From assembly GCA_963716025.1 (NCBI GenBank), contig CAVQSY010000071.1, positions 16,643-80,642 of the forward strand: a DNA stretch of 64,000 nt, in the 5' to 3' direction. Source of the stretch: an uncultured Chloroflexia bacterium (lineage in GTDB: Bacteria; Chloroflexota; Limnocylindria; Limnocylindrales; CSP1-4). Below the pieces are notes generated by a model. It made no database searches. It was not told the DNA's origin and saw only the letters and a list, made by a program, of their open reading frames with translations. The position numbers were made by a program, and so were the translations under genes. Below, piece by piece: positions 1-8,796 of the stretch. Within the stretch, counting starts at the first letter, position 1, and each line of letters begins with the position of its first letter.

Positions 1-1311
1 GGGCTCGCGGGTGGGATACCGCACGTCCGGCGTGAAGAGCCCGCGCCCGATGTCACGCTCGTTGACCAGGGCGCCGGCGAGCATCCCGAGCTCGACGGGC
101 CGGCCGGATGAATCCACGGCCCGCGCGCCCCACGTGGGGGTGGCGAGGTGCTCGAAGGCCGAACGGCCGGTCTCCGCGAGGAGCTCAGCCTGCGGGAAGA
201 CCTGGTCGAGATCGATCTTGAACGTGCCTCGGACGCCGGGATCGACGACGACCCGCCAGAAGGCGGCGATTGCCTTGAGGAAGCTGTAGTGGCGGCCGTA
301 GGCGCCGTCGACGCCGAAGACGGCGCGCAGGAGCGCGACGGGGTCTTCGATGCCGGCGTCGGTGCCGCCCGCCGGTCCGGCTGCTCCGGCCGCCGGGGCA
401 AGGACCTCGTCCACCAGGCATGCCGTGTCGGACTCCGTGAAGGCGTGCACGTCGAGATGGCGCAGGCGACCCGAACGCGTGAGCTCCGCCTCCACGTACG
501 GCCGCGCGACGGGGCGAAGCCCGTCGTGCGTGACGGTCACCGAGAGCACGCACGGCACCCGGGCGCTGCCATCCCCGCCGGGGCGGCGGGCGAGCTCGAA
601 GGTGATGGCGTCGTCGAGCCCCCGCAGGCCGTGCAGGAGCTCGTTGCGCGCGGGCTCGACGCCGACCTGGACCGGGTGGTCGAACCACTGCCGCTGCGGC
701 TCCGCGGCCGCGGCCGCGATGTCGCGCACCAGCGCGGGAGGGTAGGGGAGCGCGTCGATGTCGCGGGTCGCCGCCGGGATCGTGAGCAGCACGTTCGAGG
801 TGAAGAGGACCTCCCGTGCCGGGTCGGCGATCGGGTCCGGGTTCAGCTGCTCGATCCGGACGGTCCTCCGATCGCGCAAAGCCGCCTCGCGCGCTTGCTC
901 GTGCCCGAGGATCCCGGTGCCCTCCGGGAAGAAGAGGGTCCAGGCTGCCTCGGCCGTGGCCACTGACCCCTGTCCGGGGCTTTCGAGGCGGCCGGCGGTC
1001 GCCGACAGCCTCGCCGCGACGACCGGGTCGCCGGCGGCAGCCCCCGAAACCTCGTCGCGGACGAGCCCGACGGCCTTCCGGAGGAAGTCGACGACGTCGC
1101 GCTCCTCGCCGTGAGCCGGTCGCTCAAGGACGGCGAGGGCTTGTCCGTGGGCCGGGTGGCCCGGCCCGGCGAGGGCGACGAGGAAGGCCGCACTGAGCGC
1201 GGCGATGCGCTCCTCGGTCTCGAGGAGGGGACCGGGGTCCAGGATCGCGGCGCCGCCCGGCGAGGCGGGCGTGAGCAGGTGGCCCACGATGCGCTCGAAG
1301 GTGCCGGTCAT
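1..1311 (-). CDS. Conserved hypothetical protein with DxD motif; 3' end runs off the window
   Basis: Manual translation from ATG at 1311 (MTGTFERIVGHLL...) stays open to position 1 (437 codons). It contains motif-like blocks WFDHPVQVG, FGVDGAYGRHYSFLKAIA, TFKIDLDQVFPQ and GMLAGALVNERDI. Missing from the ORF track because there is no stop codon inside the window. Confidence 0.8.
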   Translation of the reverse strand, partial: MTGTFERIVGHLLTPASPGGAAILDPGPLLETEERIAALSAAFLVALAGPGHPAHGQALAVLERPAHGEERDVVDFLRKAVGLVRDEVSGAAAGDPVVAARLSATAGRLESPGQGSVATAEAAWTLFFPEGTGILGHEQAREAALRDRRTVRIEQLNPDPIADPAREVLFTSNVLLTIPAATRDIDALPYPPALVRDIAAAAAEPQRQWFDHPVQVGVEPARNELLHGLRGLDDAITFELARRPGGDGSARVPCVLSVTVTHDGLRPVARPYVEAELTRSGRLRHLDVHAFTESDTACLVDEVLAPAAGAAGPAGGTDAGIEDPVALLRAVFGVDGAYGRHYSFLKAIAAFWRVVVDPGVRGTFKIDLDQVFPQAELLAETGRSAFEHLATPTWGARAVDSSGRPVELGMLAGALVNERDIGRGLFTPDVRYPTREP

Positions 1312-1483
1312 CTGCGCACCATACCGCGCGGCCGCGGCCGCGGGTGAGGGATCGGGGCGCATGCCCCGGAACGATCGATGGTCGGGCCGCGCCCAGGCAC
1401 CGAGACAGGTCCGTTTCGCCCGTTGCGGGGGTCCAGGGGTCGAGGTAAATGGGCCTTATGGCATGGCCGCGACGGGTGCATGG

Positions 1484-1492
1484 TGGTAGACT
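1484..1492 (+). promoter_or_regulatory. Extended -10 promoter element (TGgTAGACT) for the amidinotransferase operon
   Basis: TG-n-TAGACT about 220 nt upstream of the GTG at 1711, inside the divergent intergenic region. Confidence 0.45.
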
Positions 1493-1710
1493 TCCGTCAA
1501 GTTGGGACGACGCTGGCCGTCGTTCCCGTTTGCGTTTGTTCCTGAGTGACGTGAGCAGCTGTCCTGCCGCTATGGCCGCAGGGACACGCCGGGGTCACGC
1601 CGCAGGTTGCCCGTGGAATTGCGGGCGACCTGCAGAGAGCGGCTCCCGCGCCAGATCGACTTGGGCTGCCGCGGTCTAGGCCCCACAGGGGCCGGAAAGG
1701 AGCGGGCCAC

Positions 1711-2916
1711 GTGGCCAAGATTGTCAACTGCTGGAACGAGTGGGATCCGCTGAAGCGGGTCATCATCGGCCGGCCGGAGGGGACCAACGTCCCCGCGCCG
1801 GAGCCGGCCTGGTGGTACGACCTGCCCAAGGGTGGGTTCCCGCTCGGTTCGTGGGGCCCCTTCCCTGAGGAGCAGGTGGCTGCCGCCAACGAGCAGATGG
1901 ACTACTTCGTCGCGCAGATCGAGAAGCGCGGCGTGCTCGTCGAGCGGATCGACATCCAGCCGTTCATGTTCAACAAGCCGCTCCACTCGCCGCTTGGCTG
2001 GACGCAGCTGAATGCGCACGGCGTGAACAACGTCCGTGACGTCACCACGATCCACGGCAACTACATCGTCGAGGCGACGACCGTCCGGCGCTCGCGCGTC
2101 TTCGAGCGGTTCAACCTCCGCCCGATCTTCGAGCGGTACGTCAAGGAGGACCCGGAGGCGGTCCACTTCGGCGCGCCCTTCCCGATGCTGACGGACGAGT
2201 CGTACGTCAACATCTCCGGCACCGGCGCCCCGGACTACTACTACTACATGGAGAACGTCTGGACCGACGACGAGAAGCGGGAGCGCCTCTACAACGGCGA
2301 GTTCCAGCTCTCGGAGAAGGAAGCCCTCTGGGATTCCGCGGACTCCATGCGGTTCGGCAAGGACATCTTCCATCAGCTGTCGTGCGTCTCGAACAAGAGC
2401 GGCGTCGACTGGCTGAAGCGCATGTTCGGCTCGCTCGGCATCCGCGTGCACGAGGTCCAGTTCGACTCCCCGCGCGACAAGGGCAAGCCCGACAACTTCC
2501 ACCCGTGGCACATCGACGTGAACTTCGTCCCGCTTCGGGAAGGTCTCGTCATGACCAACCCCGACTGGGCGCCGCGGAACCCGGAGCTCTTCGAGCTCTT
2601 CAAGATCAATGGCTGGGAGATGATCGAGGCCGCGCGGCCGACGCGCGTCCACAAGAACGACGTCTACCTGACGGGGCTCTACGAGGGCAAGTCGTGGATC
2701 TCCATGAACACGTTCTCGATCGACCCCAAGACGGTCTGTGTTGAGGCTGGCGAGACTGCGTACTGCGAGCAGCTCGACAAGCTCGGCTTCGACGTCGTGC
2801 CGATCCCGTACGAGAAGGTCATTCCGTTCGGCGGTGCTCTGCACTGCACCACCCTCGACGTCTATCGCGAGGGCGAGCTGAAGGACTACTTCCCGAAGCA
2901 GATCAAGGGCTACTAG
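1711..2916 (+). CDS. Amidinotransferase (L-arginine:glycine amidinotransferase / StrB1 family)
   Basis: N-terminal [21 protein letters not shown], and catalytic-triad motifs WDSAD (Asp), WHID (His) and [10 protein letters not shown] (Cys). SD AAAGGAG at 1696-1702. Confidence 0.93.
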   Translation: MAKIVNCWNEWDPLKRVIIGRPEGTNVPAPEPAWWYDLPKGGFPLGSWGPFPEEQVAAANEQMDYFVAQIEKRGVLVERIDIQPFMFNKPLHSPLGWTQLNAHGVNNVRDVTTIHGNYIVEATTVRRSRVFERFNLRPIFERYVKEDPEAVHFGAPFPMLTDESYVNISGTGAPDYYYYMENVWTDDEKRERLYNGEFQLSEKEALWDSADSMRFGKDIFHQLSCVSNKSGVDWLKRMFGSLGIRVHEVQFDSPRDKGKPDNFHPWHIDVNFVPLREGLVMTNPDWAPRNPELFELFKINGWEMIEAARPTRVHKNDVYLTGLYEGKSWISMNTFSIDPKTVCVEAGETAYCEQLDKLGFDVVPIPYEKVIPFGGALHCTTLDVYREGELKDYFPKQIKGY

Positions 2917-3128
2917 CCCACGTCCAAGGCGGTTCGTCCTGCCCGGCACCCCGAGGGCGTCGCCGGGTAGGATGGATCCAGAGCACATCAAGGTTCGGGT
3001 CGGCGGGTCACGGTTGGCCAGCCGACCCGAACTCCTATGTCATCCGCCACGATGTCGTTCTGCTCCACGGTCGCCTGGCCGTGTTGGCCGCGACCGGGCT
3101 GGCGAGCTTCCAGGGAGAACCATCGAAC

Positions 3129-4130
3129 ATGGCCGTCAATCTGCGCAACAGGAGCTTCCTCAAGGAGCTCGACTTCACGCCACAGGAGCTTCGCTTCCTG
3201 CTCGACCTCTCGCTCGACCTCAAGAAGGCGCGGTACGCAGGGACGGAGCAGCAGCGACTCAAGGGCAAGAACATCGCCCTGATCTTCGAGAAGGACTCGA
3301 CGCGGACGCGCTGCGCCTTCGAGGTCGCGGCCTACGACCAGGGAGCCCACGTGACCTATCTCGGCCCCACGGGGAGCCAGATGGGCAAGAAGGAGACCAT
3401 CCGGGACACGGCCCGCGTGCTGGGTCGGTACTACGAGGGGATCGAGTACCGCGGCTACGGGCAGGAGATCGTCGAGGAGCTCGCCAAGTACGCGGGCGTG
3501 CCGGTGTGGAACGGCCTCACGAACGAGTTCCACCCCACCCAGCTGCTGGCTGACTTCCTCACCATGATGGAGCACAGCGACAAGCCGCTTCACGCCCTCA
3601 AGTTCGCGTACCTGGGCGATGCGCGGTTCAACATGGGCAACTCGTACCTCATCGGCTCGGCCAAGATGGGGCTGGACTTCCGCGTCGTCGCGCCGAGCAG
3701 CCTCCACCCGAACGCCGACCTGGTGAAGCAGGCGCGCGAGATCGCGGCGAGCACGGGGGCCAAGATCACCCTCACCGAGGATGTCGACGAGGGCGTCAAG
3801 GGCTGCGACTTCATCGCCACCGACGTGTGGGTCTCGATGGGCGAGGCCGCGGAGGTCTGGGAGGAGCGGATCAAGCTGCTCAAGCCCTACCAGGTCAACG
3901 CCGATGTCATGCGCAAGACCGGCAACCCCCGGACCAAGTTCCTCCACTGCCTGCCGTCGTTCCACAACACCGGGACGACGATCGGCAAGGAGATCGGGCA
4001 GAAGTTCGGCCTCGACGCGATGGAGGTCACCGACGACGTCTTCGAGTCCGATGCGTCCGTCGTGTTCGACGAGGCCGAGAACCGGTCTCACACGATCAAG
4101 GCCGTGATGGTGGCCACCCTGGGGAGCTAG
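3129..4130 (+). CDS. argF: Ornithine carbamoyltransferase (ArgF/ArcB)
   Basis: FEKDSTRTR carbamoyl-phosphate motif, HPTQ, DVWVSMG (the OTC-type loop rather than the putrescine-type), FLHCLP. Start moved to ATG 3129 after GGGAG. Confidence 0.95.
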   Translation: MAVNLRNRSFLKELDFTPQELRFLLDLSLDLKKARYAGTEQQRLKGKNIALIFEKDSTRTRCAFEVAAYDQGAHVTYLGPTGSQMGKKETIRDTARVLGRYYEGIEYRGYGQEIVEELAKYAGVPVWNGLTNEFHPTQLLADFLTMMEHSDKPLHALKFAYLGDARFNMGNSYLIGSAKMGLDFRVVAPSSLHPNADLVKQAREIAASTGAKITLTEDVDEGVKGCDFIATDVWVSMGEAAEVWEERIKLLKPYQVNADVMRKTGNPRTKFLHCLPSFHNTGTTIGKEIGQKFGLDAMEVTDDVFESDASVVFDEAENRSHTIKAVMVATLGS

Positions 4131-4338
4131 CCCCGGGAACACGCGTGGATCCCGGGCCGACCCGGGGCATAGACCGAGCGTCGCGAGTGGGTTCGGCGAG
4201 GCTGCCGAGCACCATCGCCGACGAATCGACAGGCGGCGCTGACCGGCGAACATGCACCGAGAGCGGTGGGTAGTCCCGCCGGATATTGACTCGAGCGAGA
4301 CGTCGGCTCGCAACAACGCAACCAGGAGGTAGCGATCA

Positions 4339-5688
4339 ATGGCGACGAAGGCGCGGAAGAACGTCCTGATCATCGGATCCGGTGGACGTGACTTCCACAA
4401 CTTCAACACGTACTACCGGGACAACGAGGCGTACAACGTCGTCGGGTTCACGGCAGGGACGCAGATCCCGGGCATCATCGGCCGGAAGTATCCGCCCGAG
4501 CTGGCCGGGTCCCTCTATCCGAACGGGATCCCCGTCTACAACGAGGCCGACCTGTCGACGCTCATCCCCGAGCTCAAGATCGACGACGCGGTCTTCTCGT
4601 ACAGCGACGTGTCGTTCCAGCACGTCCTGACCCTCGGGGCGATCGCCCAGGCGGCGGGCGCGAACTACGTGCTCCTCGGCCCCGGCGACACCCAGATCAA
4701 GAGCAACAAGCCGGTCATCGCTGTCGGCGCGGTCCGCACCGGCGCCGGCAAGAGCCAGACCTCCCGCGCGATCATCGAGTTCCTGATGGCCCGCGGCCTG
4801 AAGGTCGTGGCTGTCCGGCACCCGATGCCGTACGGCGACCTCAACTCGCAGGTGTCGATGCGCTTCGCCGAGATCTCCGATCTCACGAAGCACAACTGCA
4901 CCGTCGAGGAGATGGAGGAGTTCGAGCCGCACGTGGCTCGCGGGAACGTCATCTACTGCGGCGTCGACTACGGGAAGATCCTGAACGACGCCGAAAACGA
5001 TCCGAACGGCTGCGACGTCATCCTCTGGGACGGCGGGAACAACGACTTCGCGTTCTTCAAGCCGGACCTCATGGTGACCGTCGTCGACCCGCTGCGGGCC
5101 GGCCATGAGCTCACCTACTGGCCGGGCGCCGTGACCCTCCGGGTCGCCGACGCCGTGGTCATCAACAAGATCGACAGCGCGACCCCCGACGAGATCGCGA
5201 TTGTCCGCAAGAACATCGAGAAGGTCGCCCCGAAGGCTACCGTCATCGACGCGGCCTCCCCGCTCACCGTGGACGACCCCTCGCTCATCAAGGGCAAGCG
5301 CGTCCTCGTGATCGAGGACGGCCCCACGGTCACCCACGGCGACATGACGACCGGTGCGGCGAAGGTCGCAGCCATCAAGTACGGCGCGGCCGAGATCGTC
5401 GACCCGCGTCCGTTCCTGAAGGGCAGCCTCGTCGGCATGTTCGAGCTCTACCCGCACGTGACGGACATGCTTCCGGCCGAGGGGTACGGCGGCCCGATGC
5501 TGAAGGACATGGAGGACACGGTCAACGCGGTTGACTGTGACGCCGTGATCGTCGGCACGCCGATCGACCTGGCCCGGATCATCAACATCAAGAAGCCGAA
5601 CACCCGCGTCTACTACGACCTCCAGACGATCGGCACCCCGAATCTCGACGGCGTCCTCGGCGACTTCGTCAAGAAGCACGGGCTGTAG
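4339..5688 (+). CDS. arcE: COG2403 P-loop protein (cyclic 2,3-diphosphoglycerate synthase-like); probable arginine synthetase ArcE
   Basis: GGRDFHNFN, TQIPGI-GRKYPPELAG, Walker A RTGAGKSQTSR, RHPMPYG, WDGGNND and EDGPTVTHG are typical of this family. It is adjacent to OTC, as in the arginine synthetase pathway. SD CAGGAGG. Confidence 0.8.
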   Translation: MATKARKNVLIIGSGGRDFHNFNTYYRDNEAYNVVGFTAGTQIPGIIGRKYPPELAGSLYPNGIPVYNEADLSTLIPELKIDDAVFSYSDVSFQHVLTLGAIAQAAGANYVLLGPGDTQIKSNKPVIAVGAVRTGAGKSQTSRAIIEFLMARGLKVVAVRHPMPYGDLNSQVSMRFAEISDLTKHNCTVEEMEEFEPHVARGNVIYCGVDYGKILNDAENDPNGCDVILWDGGNNDFAFFKPDLMVTVVDPLRAGHELTYWPGAVTLRVADAVVINKIDSATPDEIAIVRKNIEKVAPKATVIDAASPLTVDDPSLIKGKRVLVIEDGPTVTHGDMTTGAAKVAAIKYGAAEIVDPRPFLKGSLVGMFELYPHVTDMLPAEGYGGPMLKDMEDTVNAVDCDAVIVGTPIDLARIINIKKPNTRVYYDLQTIGTPNLDGVLGDFVKKHGL

Positions 5689-5866
5689 GTCCAGTCAGCA
5701 CCGATCCAGCACGCGGAGACCATCGGGCACCACCCGGCGGTCTCCGCGGAACAGCGCGGCGGTCAACCGCACGTCGATGATCGCCGGCCGGACGAGACCG
5801 TGATCTCGGGGCCCGCGAGGCGGGCTGCGGCCGTGGAGCGCGTCAGCAGCTGATCACGGAAGCACA

Positions 5867-5900
5867 AGAGAGGCCCTCGGGGTGACCCGAGGGCCTCTCT
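5867..5900 (+). terminator. Stem-loop terminator after the three-gene operon
   Basis: Perfect 15-bp stem AGAGAGGCCCTCGGG-GTGA-CCCGAGGGCCTCTCT. Confidence 0.7.
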
Positions 5901-6451
5901 CCGTGTCCGGGGTTGGGAAGGGCGGGAAAGGGGAGTCACATGTCTCCCACGACGGCCGGGCCGTCAGCTCCACCGCCTCCCGCGGCTCGACCAGCCCGGG
6001 GCGCGCGTCGGACCGCGCACGTGAGGGCAGGCTGGACCGTCGAGAGGCGCCCTGGGCCCGAGGGTTGCCCCCCGGCGCGCGGTGGCGCCACGCCCGCGCG
6101 GCGCGCGGTCCGCGCTACGCTCATCGGCGCGCTGTCGCCGCCAAGCGGCGCGGTCGCGCTACGCCCATCGGCGCGCGGTCGGCGCCCGATCGCGTGCGGC
6201 CGCGCTGGGGCCGTGAGCAAGCGTGGCCTTCACGTCATCCCCGCGCCGTGGACGAGGAACCGACGGTGCGGCGAACCCGACGATGGCCGCCACCCCGGTC
6301 CCTCGACCGGGAGATCGACGAAGCGCTTGTCGGGGCCGCGTGGCAGCGCAGCAGGGCCCAGCTGAGCCGAGCCACAGCTCGAGAGACCTCGTGCCCGCTC
6401 GGCCCGGAGCATGGTCGCTGCCTCAGGGGATCAGGTGATGATCGGGCAGCG

Positions 6452-6495
6452 CGGCAGGCACCGGGGACGCCGCAGCCCGGCAGGCACCGGGGACG
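6452..6495. repeat. 18-bp direct repeat, 2 copies (CGGCAGGCACCGGGGACG)
   Basis: Exact copies at 6452-6469 and 6478-6495. Confidence 0.7.
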
Positions 6496-6689
6496 GCGGT
6501 CGCGCGAGTCCTCCTCACCCGGGCCTCGGCGTTGCGCCCGCACGACGTGCTGGGACTTGCCCTCGCGCCACCCGCGCCTCGCGCGTCCCTCCCGCACGTC
6601 GCGGCGCGCCTCCGTCCCGCGCAGGGCCGGGGCCACGGGCGGTCCACTCCCGCGCCGGGGGTGCTCGCGGCGTCGATGCGCAGGAACGA

Positions 6690-6720
6690 GAAGAGCCCGG
6701 CGCTCGGCGCCGGGCTCTTC
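6690..6720 (-). terminator. Stem-loop terminator downstream of the SSS transporter (possibly bidirectional)
   Basis: GAAGAGCCCGGCGC-TCG-GCGCCGGGCTCTTC: 14-bp perfect stem 50 nt past the stop codon. Confidence 0.7.
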
Positions 6721-6770
6721 TTCGAGCGTAGAACCGGAGGGAAAGCCCCGCCGGTCCGGGCTTGTGGGTT

Positions 6771-8285
6771 CTAGGCGAGGCCGCGAGCGACGTTCTCGTC
6801 GGTCGCGACTTCCGTGATCACGTGGTGCTTCGGCACGTCCGTCTTGTACGTCGCGGACGAGACCGCCACCATCGCGATGAGCGAGACGACCGGCGGGATC
6901 AACGTGTCCAGGCCGGGCTCCAGGGCGGGGATGCCGAGGAAGAACAGGAGGCGCAGGCCGGAGCCAATGATGATGGACGCCAGCGCCCCACTGGTGTTGG
7001 CCTTGCTCCAGTAGATGCCCAGCACGAGGGGCACGAGGCACCCCGCAAAGACCACGTCGAACGCGAGGACGAGCATGACTCCCGGCTCGGGCCGAACGAT
7101 GGCGAGCCACAGGCGACCGGAAGACGGGGATGAGCATGAGCCGGGCGTACGTGAGCAGCCGCTGGTCAAGCATGTGCCAGTCGAGGTTGAGCTCCTCGAG
7201 CGTCTTGCCCATCGACGCGGCCTTGCGGCGCTCGTACGGGAAGAATGATGTTCCGGTGGAGGATGTTGCGCCCGAAGACGGCCGACACGGCGAGTGCGCC
7301 ACCGTTCGCGGTGGACAGACCCTGCGCCGAGGACACCGCCCAGGACGAACAGACCGACGATGAAGGGCAGCTCGTTCGTGGCGATCAGGCCCAGCGCATC
7401 CCGCGGGTCGTCGAGGACCGGGAACAGCGCGAAGGTCATGAGGCCGAGGACCGTGGCGCCGAGCCCGGCGATGATCGTGAAGATTGCGCCGTAGTAGCAG
7501 GCAGCCTGGGCCGTCTTCTCGTCCTTGGCGGCAAAGACGCGCTCCATGAAGTCAAGGGCGACGATGTCACCCAAGGCGAGCGCGAGAATACCCGCCCAGT
7601 TGATGAGGGCTCCGCTCTCGATGCTTGTCAGTCCGCTGAGGTCGGCGTAGCCGGCCGGGATCGCAGCGGCGAAGAAGTCGATGCCGTAGTTCCCGATCAG
7701 GATCAACGGCGCGGCGATGAAGGCGATCAGCGCCGGGTACAGCTGGACGATGTCCGTCGCCGCCGACGAGAACAGCCCGCCGCTGAACGTGTACAGCAGG
7801 ACGAGCCCCGTGACGACGACGAGCGCCGGGACGTACTCGATGCCGAAGACCGTCTTCACGATCCAGCCACAGCCGGCCAGGTTGCCCGCGACCAGGATGA
7901 TGAAGCTGATCGCCATGATGAAGGTGACCGGGATCTCGACCCTGTTGCTGTAGCGCCGATAGTAGAAGTCGGCCAGGGTGAGCATGTTCATCCGGTTCAG
8001 CGGCTTCGCGAACCACGTCCCGGTCACGACCAGGCACAGGGCCAGCCCGAGCGGGAAGGTGAAGCCCGTCCAGAACCCGCCGGCCTGAACGGCGCCCGCG
8101 GAACCCACCGTGGAGTTCGCATCGAGCGCCTGGGCGAAGAGCATCGTGCCCACGATGAGCAACGGCAGCCGCTTACCGGCGATGATGAAGCGCTTGCCGC
8201 TCTTCTGGACCAGAAAGGCCATCGACACGCCGATGGCGGTGTAGCTCGCCAGGAGTACGGCAATGCCGAGTCCTAGATCATTCAC
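6771..8285 (-). CDS. Sodium:solute symporter (SSS/SLC5 family), with compensating frameshifts at about 7120-7325
   Basis: About 13 hydrophobic segments, FIIAGKRLP, TLADFYYRRYS, YTFSGGLFSSAATDIVQ, MERVFAAKD. GTG at 8285 follows GGGAGG. The segment GLSTANGGALAVSAVFGRNI...LDWHMLDQRLLTYARLML is spread over other frames. Confidence 0.88.
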   Translation of the reverse strand: MNDLGLGIAVLLASYTAIGVSMAFLVQKSGKRFIIAGKRLPLLIVGTMLFAQALDANSTVGSAGAVQAGGFWTGFTFPLGLALCLVVTGTWFAKPLNRMNMLTLADFYYRRYSNRVEIPVTFIMAISFIILVAGNLAGCGWIVKTVFGIEYVPALVVVTGLVLLYTFSGGLFSSAATDIVQLYPALIAFIAAPLILIGNYGIDFFAAAIPAGYADLSGLTSIESGALINWAGILALALGDIVALDFMERVFAAKDEKTAQAACYYGAIFTIIAGLGATVLGLMTFALFPVLDDPRDALGLIATNELPFIVGLFVLGGVLGAGSVHRERWRTRRVGRLRAQHPPPEHHSSRTSAARPRRWARRSRSSTSTGTCLTSGCSRTPGSCSSPSSGRLWLAIVRPEPGVMLVLAFDVVFAGCLVPLVLGIYWSKANTSGALASIIIGSGLRLLFFLGIPALEPGLDTLIPPVVSLIAMVAVSSATYKTDVPKHHVITEVATDENVARGLA

Positions 8286-8380
8286 GTACAAGAACCTCCC
8301 TGAACCCTCGTTCCCCCTCCTGCCCCTCGATTGGTGGTAGCGGGAGCCCGGTGCCGGGGTCACCGTGGTCGGTCGTTGAC

Positions 8381-8493
8381 ATCCCCGGGCTGCATAGGAG
8401 GGCAGTCCTCGCGACCGCCTCGGCGGTAGATGTCGAGAGTGGTGAAGTGCTGCACGCGACCAATCGCGATGGCCTTGTCACAGGGATCGGCAT
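8381..8493 (-). pseudogene. Decayed 3' fragment of a second amidinotransferase gene
   Basis: Translates to PCDKAIAIGRVQHFTTLDIYRRGGREDCPPMQ, versus [32 protein letters not shown] in the intact gene (15/32 identical, ungapped). The DNA aligns to 2797-2916 with a 1-nt deletion after the P-I-P codons. Confidence 0.8.
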
Positions 8494-8796
8494 GATTTAA
8501 CGTGGACCGCAGGGCGGCCAGGCCGTTGCGAGACGGCGGGCTACACGCCCCGGTGTGTGTACGGCCTCGGTCACCGATCGCCTGACGCCACCCCCACCGC
8601 TGAGGCGATGGACGCGGCCCGGCAACTTGAACGGGATCGACAGCTACCGTCGCTTGTGCTGCTGGCCGGCGAACATGCCTGGCCTGTTCCTCCTTCCCTC
8701 CACCCAGCAATCTGCGTCGAAACCGTGTCTCCCTCTTGCCCTTCGACGCAGGCTGAACAAGACGGTGCCTTCCGTCTCGACGGGCAAGTGGGCAGG

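Noticed and set aside
1504-1526. Guanidine-II (mini-ykkC) riboswitch suggested by GGGACGAC
   Set aside because: The ACGA lies in a stem rather than a tetraloop, and there is no second ACGR hairpin.
1711-2916. Arginine deiminase (arcA) of a classical ADI operon
   Set aside because: Same superfamily, but the NEWDPL start, HID and HCTTLD motifs are amidinotransferase-type; ArcA signatures (SEIGxL, FxRD, HLDT, GxGGxxCM) are absent.
3129-4130. Putrescine carbamoyltransferase of an agmatine pathway
   Set aside because: It carries the OTC-specific DxxxSMG loop rather than the PTC-type loop.
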